From: Bacillota bacterium
GTDB taxonomy: Bacteria; Bacillota; Bacilli; Alicyclobacillales; SLC66
Length of the DNA: 27,617 bases
Direction of reading: 5' to 3'
Assembly (NCBI GenBank): GCA_021799325.1
Contig: JAJZAS010000001.1
Span: 1-27,617 of the forward strand
The position numbers were made by a program, and so were the translations under genes. Position 1 is the stretch's first letter. Each line of letters starts with the position of its first letter. Under the pieces are notes generated by a model. That model searched no databases, had not been told where the DNA came from, and saw only the letters and a program-made list of their open reading frames with translations. This document shows positions 1 to 8,415 of this stretch, one piece after another.

Positions 1-536
1 GGGTTGTCGATCCGATCGATGGCACGCTCAACTTTATTCGAGGGATTCCTTTTTGCGCGGTGTCAATTGGCCTCATGTATGAGGGAAAAGCAGTGATTGG
101 CGTGATTTATGATCCGATGCGCGATGAAATGTTTTCGGGAATTGCAGGAAAAGAGGCTACGGCAAACGGTCATTCTATGCGAGTGTCAGGTGTCGATGAT
201 GTGTTTGCTGCGGTGCTCGCAAGCGGTTTTCCCACCGGCGATTTTCGCGGCAAAAATGCCGAACAGATTCGCCGGTTCGGGTTTCACGCGCGCAATGTCC
301 GGGCCATGGGTTCAGCAGCATTGCATATGGCCTATGTGGCTGCGGGACGACTGGATGGCTTCTGGGAAAACGACCTGAATGCCTGGGATTTACTAGCCGG
401 GGCAGTGCTGGTTCAAACTGCCGGAGGCATGGTGACTGATGAGGATGGAAATGACTATGCACTCTCCACTCGTCACGTAGTAGCGACCAATGGCAAGATT
501 CATCGGCAAATTTTGGCGGATCTCCAAGTAGATTAG
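1..536 (+). CDS. Inositol monophosphatase family protein (SuhB-like), 5'-truncated by the window edge
   Basis: The frame is open from base 3 and reads VVDPIDGTLNFIRGIPFCAVSIG (DPIDGT metal-binding motif), later GSAALHMAYVAAGRLDGFWE and WDLLAG. Stop TAG is at 534-536. The ORF-track start at 60 is internal. Confidence 0.93.
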   Translation, partial: VVDPIDGTLNFIRGIPFCAVSIGLMYEGKAVIGVIYDPMRDEMFSGIAGKEATANGHSMRVSGVDDVFAAVLASGFPTGDFRGKNAEQIRRFGFHARNVRAMGSAALHMAYVAAGRLDGFWENDLNAWDLLAGAVLVQTAGGMVTDEDGNDYALSTRHVVATNGKIHRQILADLQVD

Positions 537-546
537 GAGTGGGACG

Positions 547-1371
547 ATGCAAGGTGTTGTGATGTGCGACCTTGACGGAACGATTTATTTTGCGGAACGA
601 GGGTTTGCCCCTGGATTGATGGAGACTTTTCAAATGATCAATAGCCTAGGCGTGATCACTACCATCAACACGGCAAGACATGCGCGAACCGGTAGAGTAC
701 TTGCCGCTACGCTTGGATTGAAACACCCCTATGCCTGCCTCACAGGTGGGGTGATATTCCAACCACCAATGTGGGAAGAAGATGACTTGGATATCCCCTC
801 CTTTCCTCAAACGAATGAAATATTACAAGGGTTTCGGATGAGAAAAAAATTGGTGACAGACGTCCTTCAAATGGCAGAGACGATGGGAATGGGCGGTCGG
901 GTATTTTACGATCGTGATGTATACTTGTACGGGAAGCAGGAGCTTTACGTCAGGTGGCCGGAAGATCTGGAGTATCAAACGCTTGATCAGGTAGCAGATG
1001 GGGCGCTGCAAATGTTTATTACCGGTTATAATCATGAGCTTGGCGATAAGTTTGCGGAAATTTTACGAACAAGGACCGATGAGTGCAGCTACTATTTGTT
1101 TCATCAACAGGACGGGTTTGAAATTGCAGTTAACCCCAAAGGGGTAACGAAGGCTAAATTGATTGATTTTTATATGGATACCATGAAAATTCCTAGGGAT
1201 GCCATTATGGCAGTCGGCGATAGTCCCGGCGATGCTCCTATGATTGAAAAAGCAGGAATTGGTGTGGCAACGGCGCTTGCTCCTAAGGAAGTGAAAGAAG
1301 TGGCGGATGTAGTGCTAGATACGCCGTCACTCGATGCGGTGCCTAAGTTTCTAAAGCATTACTATGGCTAA
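547..1371 (+). CDS. Cof-type HAD-IIB family hydrolase/phosphatase, 274 aa
   Basis: Motif I CDLDGT, motif III Lys in KGVTKAK, motif IV GDSPGDAPM. SD GGAGTGG overlaps the upstream stop. Confidence 0.88.
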   Translation: MQGVVMCDLDGTIYFAERGFAPGLMETFQMINSLGVITTINTARHARTGRVLAATLGLKHPYACLTGGVIFQPPMWEEDDLDIPSFPQTNEILQGFRMRKKLVTDVLQMAETMGMGGRVFYDRDVYLYGKQELYVRWPEDLEYQTLDQVADGALQMFITGYNHELGDKFAEILRTRTDECSYYLFHQQDGFEIAVNPKGVTKAKLIDFYMDTMKIPRDAIMAVGDSPGDAPMIEKAGIGVATALAPKEVKEVADVVLDTPSLDAVPKFLKHYYG

Positions 1372-1395
1372 TTGGTACTAAAAGGGGATGAACCA

Positions 1396-2904
1396 ATGAG
1401 TACGGACACAATTGACTTGCGGATGCAACAGCTTCGTCAACTTCCTATCTATCAAGGTAGACAAGAGGCTCTATTAACTGACTTATACCAGTTGACAATG
1501 ATGTATGGCTATTATCAATCAGGGAACATGAATAAAGAAGTGGTGTTTGATGTATTTTACCGCAGCAATCCTTGCGATAACGGTTATGTGATCGTTGCCG
1601 GTTTGGAGCAGGCGGCAGTGTACCTGAACAACCTGCGTTTTCACGAAAATGAGCTGCAATATTTGAAGTCTACTGGGATGTTTGATCAGGGATTCTTGGA
1701 TGAACTGGCGAAGTTTCGATTTACGGGGAGTTTGTATGCCATCCCCGAAGGGACTGTGGTGTTTCCCCAAGAACCAATCATGAGGATCGAAGGGCGACTC
1801 TTTGAATTGCAATTGATCGAGTCGGCGCTGCTCAGTTTCGTGAACCATCAAAGCCTGATTGCGACAAAAGCGGCCCGAATCGTCTCTGCTGCGAAGGGAC
1901 AAGCCTTCGAAGATGCGGCACCAGTCAGCGAATTTGGTCTTCGCCGCGCACAAAATGCGGATGCCGCCGTTTTTGGGGCGAGAGCGGCTTATATCGCGGG
2001 GTGTTCCAGCACTAGCAATGTGGCGGCAGGATTTAATTTTGGTATCCCGGTATCTGGTACGCAGGCGCATAGCTGGATCCAGAGTTTTTCATCAGAACTG
2101 GAGGCGTTTCGCACTTATGCCGATGCCTACCCAAACAACGTGGTGCTCCTTGTAGATACTTATGATGTACTACGATCAGGAATCCCCAATGCCATCACTG
2201 TTGGCAGGGAACTACGTGAGCGCGGTCATGACCTCCTTGCGGTTCGGATTGATTCCGGCGATTTGGCCTATCTCTCAAAGGAAGCCAGAATGCGCCTGGA
2301 TCGCGCTGGCTTTACCAATACCAAGATCATTGTATCCGATGACCTAGACGAAGATACAATTCGGGACTTGTTGCTACAAGGGGCAAAAATTGATGGATGG
2401 GGCGTGGGAACTGCTCTGATTACATCAAAGGGCTGCCCATCGCTTGGCGGCGTTTATAAGCTGGCAGCGGAAAAGCTTGCTGACGGCTCATTTTTGCCGC
2501 GCATTAAAATCTCTGAGAATCCGTTGAAAGTGACTAATCCTGGACGAAAAAAAGTGGTGCGGCTTTACGTGGACGGCATTGCAAGTGCTGATCTAATCAT
2601 GCTAGAAGACGAAGTCATACCATCCGGAGAGCCTGTTTTGCTGTTTGATCCTGTACATACGTATAAGCAAAAAACATTGACCAAGTACCATGCAAAAGAG
2701 TTGCTGGTCCCCATTATGAAAAATGGTCATCTGGTGTACCTGTTGCCAACACTGTCAGAAATTCAACAACACGCCAGACAGGAGTTGCAATCCATTTCCC
2801 GCGAAACGCTGCGCCCCAAAAATCCACACGTCTATCATGTGGATTTAAGCAGAAAACTTTGGGAACTAAAGCGAAATTTGGTGGAAACTATACGCGTCCA
2901 TTAA
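1396..2904 (+). CDS. pncB: Nicotinate phosphoribosyltransferase, 502 aa
   Basis: LLTDLYQLTM, EFGLRRAQ, GTQAHSWIQ (phospho-His), LVDTYD, RIDSGD, LGGVYKL. Start moved to ATG 1396, which follows SD AAGGGG. Confidence 0.95.
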   Translation: MSTDTIDLRMQQLRQLPIYQGRQEALLTDLYQLTMMYGYYQSGNMNKEVVFDVFYRSNPCDNGYVIVAGLEQAAVYLNNLRFHENELQYLKSTGMFDQGFLDELAKFRFTGSLYAIPEGTVVFPQEPIMRIEGRLFELQLIESALLSFVNHQSLIATKAARIVSAAKGQAFEDAAPVSEFGLRRAQNADAAVFGARAAYIAGCSSTSNVAAGFNFGIPVSGTQAHSWIQSFSSELEAFRTYADAYPNNVVLLVDTYDVLRSGIPNAITVGRELRERGHDLLAVRIDSGDLAYLSKEARMRLDRAGFTNTKIIVSDDLDEDTIRDLLLQGAKIDGWGVGTALITSKGCPSLGGVYKLAAEKLADGSFLPRIKISENPLKVTNPGRKKVVRLYVDGIASADLIMLEDEVIPSGEPVLLFDPVHTYKQKTLTKYHAKELLVPIMKNGHLVYLLPTLSEIQQHARQELQSISRETLRPKNPHVYHVDLSRKLWELKRNLVETIRVH

Positions 2905-3869
2905 GCGTGCCCACCGCTTTGTAAAAACTGGCTGACGATCTTTGCGGCTTGTGCTTCTACCTGGGAAGCGCCAGCTTGTGTGGTGCCACTGCTGCAAATG
3001 CTTAGTGCAATGGGGTGCTTAGGGTACATCACAATCGCCGCATCGTGGTATTCTTTGGGCCAATTGGCGGGAATTTGGGCCACACTGATGCCGGGGGCAA
3101 ATCCGTTTGCGATTCTGCCCTGATTTTGATTGCCCTCGAGTAATCCGATGAGGGGCAATACGGTTTGCGGGTGGGCCTGATACATATGATATAGATAGTT
3201 CATTTCAATACTTAGGTCTTTTGGTGTGGTGTCGTATGGCGGAGCAAAGGGCGTTGTAACCCCCATTGCTTTGACAAAACTGTTGATTGGACCGCTACCT
3301 AGCTGTCGCATCAACATATTGCGGGCGACGATGTCCTGTTGCGCAATACTGGCATGTGCAAGCTGAATCACGGTAAAAGAAGTCCCAAATGGCATGCCGG
3401 CGATGAAGCCGGACCCTGCCTCTTTGTCGACAGGCTCATAATGCACCAGCGTACCTGGGCTCAGACGATGGTTGGCGATATCACTGTAAAGGGTGATGAG
3501 TACAGGCAGTGTCGATTCATTGGCTGCGGTGAAAAGTTGGGTATCGTTCCAGCCAAAATGAGCGCCAGTGGACATGTCAATTCCGTACACGCCGTAAGTT
3601 CCATTTTGCCTTCCAAGAAATGTTTGTAATTGCTTGGACAGTGACTGGTAAGCAGCTTGAGAATAAGGTAGCGGCGTCGCTTTTTGTGTGATTTGCCTGA
3701 TATCTGCTTCGACAAAGCGAACCAATTGCGGAATTCCGCTACGGATAAACCAGGCTACGGCATAGCCAAGCCCTAGGGCAACCAGCAAGACGAACGCCAA
3801 TCTCCCCCATTTAATCCTTTTCCTTCTCTTTTTGGCGAGCGAGGCTGGTTTCTTGGTTCGGCTTGCCAT
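2901..3869 (-). CDS. Membrane-anchored class-A beta-lactamase/serine-hydrolase-fold protein, probably catalytically inactive
   Basis: Basic N-terminus, one TM segment (LAFVLLVALGLGYAVAWFI), then a beta-lactamase2-like domain (GTYGVYGIDMSTG...FTAA, GSG, TTPKDL, HDAAIV). By manual alignment SxxK reads NEST, SDN reads QDI and KTG reads IPA. Confidence 0.82.
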   Translation of the reverse strand: MASRTKKPASLAKKRRKRIKWGRLAFVLLVALGLGYAVAWFIRSGIPQLVRFVEADIRQITQKATPLPYSQAAYQSLSKQLQTFLGRQNGTYGVYGIDMSTGAHFGWNDTQLFTAANESTLPVLITLYSDIANHRLSPGTLVHYEPVDKEAGSGFIAGMPFGTSFTVIQLAHASIAQQDIVARNMLMRQLGSGPINSFVKAMGVTTPFAPPYDTTPKDLSIEMNYLYHMYQAHPQTVLPLIGLLEGNQNQGRIANGFAPGISVAQIPANWPKEYHDAAIVMYPKHPIALSICSSGTTQAGASQVEAQAAKIVSQFLQSGGHA

Positions 3870-4090
3870 CTGTCCACTCGGTTTTTTGCGCGTATTTTTA
3901 CGAGCAGTCTTTTTCGGCTTTTTCGTTATTTTCTTTTATTTTGAAGGAGTTTTTGGACTGTACATTTTTTATCATCCATTCTATAGTAAATGGAGTTATA
4001 TTATTATTAGTTCTTTAATTAAATCTATCATATGCGGCGAAGAAAGAAATCTCTTTTAGAGGTGGAAATTAAAATTTTGGAGGGATAGCA

Positions 4091-4852
4091 ATGAATGATA
4101 CACGGATGATCGTTCCCACAAGGACACCTGGAAAAGCGGATGCTGATGCTCGGCACCATGCTTACATGGCAGGGAATGCGCGTGCCGGAAGGATTATGGT
4201 GGTGGATGATGAACAGGGCATTCGCGACTTTTTGCTTTTTGGACTGCGGGATGAAGGCTATGACGTGTTAACAGTTAAAGATGGCGAAGAGGCACTGAAT
4301 GCGCTCGATCAATTCAAGCCACACGTGGTGTTGCTAGATATCATGCTACCTGGCATGGACGGATTTGAAGTGTGCCGGTTGATGAAAGAAAGAGTTCGCG
4401 TTTCAATCATTATGTTAACAGCGAAAGACGATGTCGAGGAAAGAGTAAAGGGACTTGCCATGGGCGCAGATGATTATGTCGTCAAACCGTTCGCTTTTGC
4501 CGAACTGAAAGCTCGTATTGAAGCCCGGTTCCGCACACAGTTTCCAGAACTCTCCGATGTGCAGAGAATTGGTAAATTTGAAATCGACAAAGCGCAAAAG
4601 TTGATCCGATACGAAGGGAATGCCTTGTCGCTCTCCAAAACCGAGTATGCTCTTCTCGAACTCTTGCTCGAATCGCCGGGAGTGGCACTGACAAGAGAAC
4701 AAATTTTGAATCATGTATGGGGCGACAACTTCTCAGGAGAGGACAATATTCTTGAAGTGTACATCCGCTATTTGCGGCATAAACTCAACGACTCAAAGCG
4801 GCAATTGATTCGTACGGTACGGGGAGTCGGCTATCGTGTGGATATTCAGTAG
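4091..4852 (+). CDS. OmpR/PhoB-family DNA-binding response regulator, 253 aa
   Basis: VVDDE, LLDIMLPGMDG (phospho-Asp), MLTAK, GADDYVVKPF, and a winged-helix C-terminus (LEVYIRYLRHK...TVRGVGY). SD GGAGGG precedes 4091. Confidence 0.95.
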   Translation: MNDTRMIVPTRTPGKADADARHHAYMAGNARAGRIMVVDDEQGIRDFLLFGLRDEGYDVLTVKDGEEALNALDQFKPHVVLLDIMLPGMDGFEVCRLMKERVRVSIIMLTAKDDVEERVKGLAMGADDYVVKPFAFAELKARIEARFRTQFPELSDVQRIGKFEIDKAQKLIRYEGNALSLSKTEYALLELLLESPGVALTREQILNHVWGDNFSGEDNILEVYIRYLRHKLNDSKRQLIRTVRGVGYRVDIQ

Positions 4853-6380
4853 AGCGCGGAAACAGGGTCCCGCGACTTTACTGAGCGAGCTCTACAGCAG
4901 ATACATGGTCATCATTACTCTGCTCATTGTGCTGCTGGGGCTCGCCCAGTTTCAATCGATTCATGAAGGGTTGTATACGACAGGCGCTAATAGCCTCAAT
5001 TTTGCCATCAATGATGCGTTATCGGAGCCTTTTGTGGTGCAACAGGTGAAAGATGGCCAGTTTATTTCACTGGCGCCAAGACTGATTAATTTGCTGGCAA
5101 TACGCGGCATTAATGTGAGGATTCTGGGCCCCAACCGTCAAGTGCTCGGAGAACGAACGTCAAAATACGACCCCACCAGATTGGTTCCTTTTGTTTCTAA
5201 CGAGGAATTTAACAGCAAATCAAAAGTAATTTCCATTCCACTCAAATATAACGTCCAAACCTATACCACAGAGTCCAACAATCAAGTGGTGTTGTTTGCA
5301 CGTATTGGTGCAGACCCCATCCAAGGCTATATTGAAATCGGTTATGACCAGTCCCTCTATAATTCCGTTTTATACCAACAAGTATTAAATTTCCTGCTGA
5401 TTAGTATTGTGGTGATCCTGCTTGCCATCGCGGTAATTATCCCTGTGGTGCGAGCACCTTTGTTGCCACTGCATCATTTGATCAATACAGCCACGCGGAT
5501 CAAGTCAGGCGCCTTTCAGGAACGACTTCCGGTCATGGGCCCAAAAGAGACTGTCCGATTGGCGGAAGTGATCAACGATACCCTTGATGAACTGGCCAAA
5601 GCGGTTCAGCGGGAACAGACGGCAACGGTGAGAATGAAGCAATTCGTCTCTGATGCATCGCACGAACTTCGCACCCCGCTTACCGCGGTAAGGGGGTTCA
5701 CTGATGTCTTGTTGCGCCGCATTGAATATTATTACAGAACGTTTGCCGTTTTTAAGGAAAGCGATGATGAATATGGTGAACATGAAGAGGAAATGCAAGG
5801 CATCATGCTTCCTCTGGAACAATTTGAAGACACTAGAAAGGCACTAACCGCTATGCAACGGGAGACGGCACGACTCGAAGGATTGGTCAAGGATCTTTTG
5901 CAACTGGCCCGCCTTGATGGAGGTTTAAAGCCACAGCTGGAATCGATGGATCTGTCCAAACTCGTTGAGGAATTACGTCCACAATTTGAGATTATTGCAG
6001 GGAAAAGAAAAATGATTTACGACCTGCAAGCTGCGGTCACTTCTGCGGATCCAGCGATGGTGAAGCAGATCATTTACAACTTGGTGGCTAATGCCATTCA
6101 GTACACGGATGGAACTAGCGGGCAGATTATCGTAACTGTGTTGCCGATTCATAACAATAAGGCAAGACTGAGCGTCAAAGACAATGGTCCGGGTATTTCT
6201 GAGGAACAGATGGCGAAAATTTTCGACCGTTTTTTCCGTGCCTCTGTGGCAAGAGAGCGCGCTCCTGGCGGGGCGGGGTTAGGACTCTCCATTGTGTCGG
6301 AAATCGTACGTCTACACGATGGCGAGATTAAAGTATTCAGCAAACTTGGATATGGAACCGAAATGCGAGTTGACTTGTGA
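4836..6380 (+). CDS. Sensor histidine kinase (2 TM, extracytoplasmic loop, HAMP, HisKA, HATPase), 514 aa
   Basis: H-box DASHELRTPL, N-box NLVANAIQYT, G1 DNGPGI, F-box FDRFFR, G2 GAGLGLSI. GTG start overlaps the 3' end of the regulator, with SD GGGGAG. Confidence 0.95.
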   Translation: MWIFSRARKQGPATLLSELYSRYMVIITLLIVLLGLAQFQSIHEGLYTTGANSLNFAINDALSEPFVVQQVKDGQFISLAPRLINLLAIRGINVRILGPNRQVLGERTSKYDPTRLVPFVSNEEFNSKSKVISIPLKYNVQTYTTESNNQVVLFARIGADPIQGYIEIGYDQSLYNSVLYQQVLNFLLISIVVILLAIAVIIPVVRAPLLPLHHLINTATRIKSGAFQERLPVMGPKETVRLAEVINDTLDELAKAVQREQTATVRMKQFVSDASHELRTPLTAVRGFTDVLLRRIEYYYRTFAVFKESDDEYGEHEEEMQGIMLPLEQFEDTRKALTAMQRETARLEGLVKDLLQLARLDGGLKPQLESMDLSKLVEELRPQFEIIAGKRKMIYDLQAAVTSADPAMVKQIIYNLVANAIQYTDGTSGQIIVTVLPIHNNKARLSVKDNGPGISEEQMAKIFDRFFRASVARERAPGGAGLGLSIVSEIVRLHDGEIKVFSKLGYGTEMRVDL

Positions 6381-6398
6381 GACTTGGGAGATGAAGTA

Positions 6399-7376
6399 AT
6401 GAAAGTGATTAAAATTGCGCCGAGAGGCTATTGTTATGGCGTAGTGGACGCGATGACGCTGGCGACTCAGGCAGCGAGTCAGCGGGATTTGCCAAGGCCC
6501 ATTTACATTCTCGGCATGATTGTTCATAACGCCTATGTTGTCGAGGCGTTTGATAAACTGGGCGTCAAAACGCTGGACGGTCCCAATCGGTTGGAGATAC
6601 TTGAGCACATCGACCGAGGCACCGTCATTTTTACTGCTCATGGCGTATCCCCTGAAGTGAGGTTGCGTGCTGAGCAACGAGGATTGCGCGTGATTGATGC
6701 CACCTGTCCTGATGTGACGAGAACGCATGACCTGATTGAGCGAAAAGTGGCGGAAGGGTACGATGTCGTCTACATTGGCAAACGGGGCCATCCAGAGCCG
6801 GAAGGCGCGGTAGGAGTGGCTCCTGAGCATGTGTTTTTGGTGGAAAAGCCTCTAGATGTCGATGAGCTGCCGGAAACATTGGGAAAGAGCAACCTGGAAG
6901 ATTCGTCCCGAAAGATTGTCATTACCAATCAAACGACGATGAGTCAATGGGATACCAGGGAATTGGTGGAGACGGTGCTTACGCGTTATCCGATGGCAGA
7001 GGTATACAACGAAATATGCAATGCTACGCAAATCAGGCAAAACGCGGTGGCTAGTCAGGCGAAAGACGCGGATGTGTGCATCGTGGTGGGAGATCCCAGA
7101 AGCAATAATTCAGGGCGGCTCGCTCAAGTGGCGACGGAAATCGCCGGTGTGCCCGCCTATCGCATTTCTGATGTGACGGAGATTAATAGGGATTGGTTGA
7201 ACGGTGCAACCGTGGTAGCAGTCACTTCAGGCGCTTCCACACCAACCGCGATCACGCGGGAAGTGATTAATTTTCTTGAAAAATTCGACCCTGATGACTC
7301 TGCTACTTGGGAAATCACGCACACAGTGGATTATAGGCACTTGTTGCCCACAACGAAGCTGCGCAGGGAAGAATGA
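6399..7376 (+). CDS. ispH: 4-hydroxy-3-methylbut-2-enyl diphosphate reductase, 325 aa
   Basis: [15 protein letters not shown] and ICNATQ supply the three Fe-S cysteines; also GHPE, SNNS and SGASTP. Start moved to ATG 6399, after SD GGGAG. Confidence 0.96.
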   Translation: MKVIKIAPRGYCYGVVDAMTLATQAASQRDLPRPIYILGMIVHNAYVVEAFDKLGVKTLDGPNRLEILEHIDRGTVIFTAHGVSPEVRLRAEQRGLRVIDATCPDVTRTHDLIERKVAEGYDVVYIGKRGHPEPEGAVGVAPEHVFLVEKPLDVDELPETLGKSNLEDSSRKIVITNQTTMSQWDTRELVETVLTRYPMAEVYNEICNATQIRQNAVASQAKDADVCIVVGDPRSNNSGRLAQVATEIAGVPAYRISDVTEINRDWLNGATVVAVTSGASTPTAITREVINFLEKFDPDDSATWEITHTVDYRHLLPTTKLRREE

Positions 7377-7400
7377 TTGTGAAGAAAAAGGTGAGAAACG

Positions 7401-8318
7401 ATGGAAGAGTTTCTGAGGAGTCTTTTTCTGTCTTTATCAAAAAACAAACGTGCGAATGAGTTGGCGAAGCAATATGGGCTGCGTTTTGGTGCCGATAAAT
7501 TTGTAGCGGGTGAGACGATTGAATCGGCGATGGCAAAGGTTCAGGAACTGTATCAACAGGGCATTGCGGTAACGCTTGATCACTTAGGGGAATTTGTATC
7601 CGACGAAAGAGAGGCGCGGGAATCGACCGAATATTGTCTCGATACGCTGGATGCTATTTTTGATCACAAGGTTAACGTCAATCTCTCAGTGAAATTAACG
7701 CAATTAGGGCTCGATATCGACCCTGGTCTTTGCAAAAATCACTTGAGGCAAATCCTTGAGCGAGCGAAAGAATACGATCTGTTTGTTCGCGTGGATATGG
7801 AGGATTTCGGGCATTTGGCGATTACGCTCGAAATTGTCGAGGACCTCCGTCACCATTTTCATAACGTGGGGACCGTTATTCAATCCTATCTTTACCGCTC
7901 GGAGGAAGACGCTCGTCATCTCGTGGGGCTGGGAATTCCTCTTCGCATCGTAAAAGGTGCCTATAAGGAACCGCGAGAGATTGCCTATCCGGACAAAACA
8001 GATGTAGACGAAAATTACAAAAAACTAGTGCAAATTAGTCTCGATACCAGTGATTATACGGCGATCGCCACTCACGATGAGAAAATCATCGAATGGGTGA
8101 AAAACTATGTACGGGAGGAAAACATAAGGGCGCAACGATATGAATTCCAAATGTTGTATGGCATTCGCGCCTCACTTCAGCACCAACTGGTGAAAGAAGG
8201 ATACCCTGTGCGAATTTACGTGCCGTTTGGGAACGACTGGTACGGATACTTTATGAGACGGTTGGCAGAAAGGCCTGCTAATGTGGCGTTTGTGGCCAGG
8301 GGAATTGCTAGAGGATAA
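7401..8318 (+). CDS. Monofunctional proline dehydrogenase (PutB/FadM type), 305 aa
   Basis: FVAGE, DHLGE, SVKLTQLG, VDMED, RIVKGAY, ATHD, EFQMLYG, YFMRRLAERPAN. Confidence 0.95.
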   Translation: MEEFLRSLFLSLSKNKRANELAKQYGLRFGADKFVAGETIESAMAKVQELYQQGIAVTLDHLGEFVSDEREARESTEYCLDTLDAIFDHKVNVNLSVKLTQLGLDIDPGLCKNHLRQILERAKEYDLFVRVDMEDFGHLAITLEIVEDLRHHFHNVGTVIQSYLYRSEEDARHLVGLGIPLRIVKGAYKEPREIAYPDKTDVDENYKKLVQISLDTSDYTAIATHDEKIIEWVKNYVREENIRAQRYEFQMLYGIRASLQHQLVKEGYPVRIYVPFGNDWYGYFMRRLAERPANVAFVARGIARG

Positions 8319-8367
8319 TGTTCGAATCCATTCAATTTTCAGTGCGTTTGCTTCATGAAAGTAGCAT

Positions 8368-8384
8368 TATCCTATGTTAGGATA
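8368..8384. promoter_or_regulatory. Perfect 7-3-7 inverted repeat TATCCTA-tgt-TAGGATA, candidate operator upstream of the MazG-galU run
   Basis: Directly visible palindrome in the intergenic gap, just before the AGGAG at 8391. Function is inferred. Confidence 0.35.
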
Positions 8385-8415
8385 GTAAAAAGGAGTTTTT
8401 TAGGTGGTGAGCGCA

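Noticed and set aside
3832-4059. 75-aa Phe-rich hydrophobic ORF on the + strand that resembles a small membrane protein
   Set aside because: It is the antisense mirror of the Lys-rich (AAA/AAG) tail and the AT-rich promoter region, and it has no SD.
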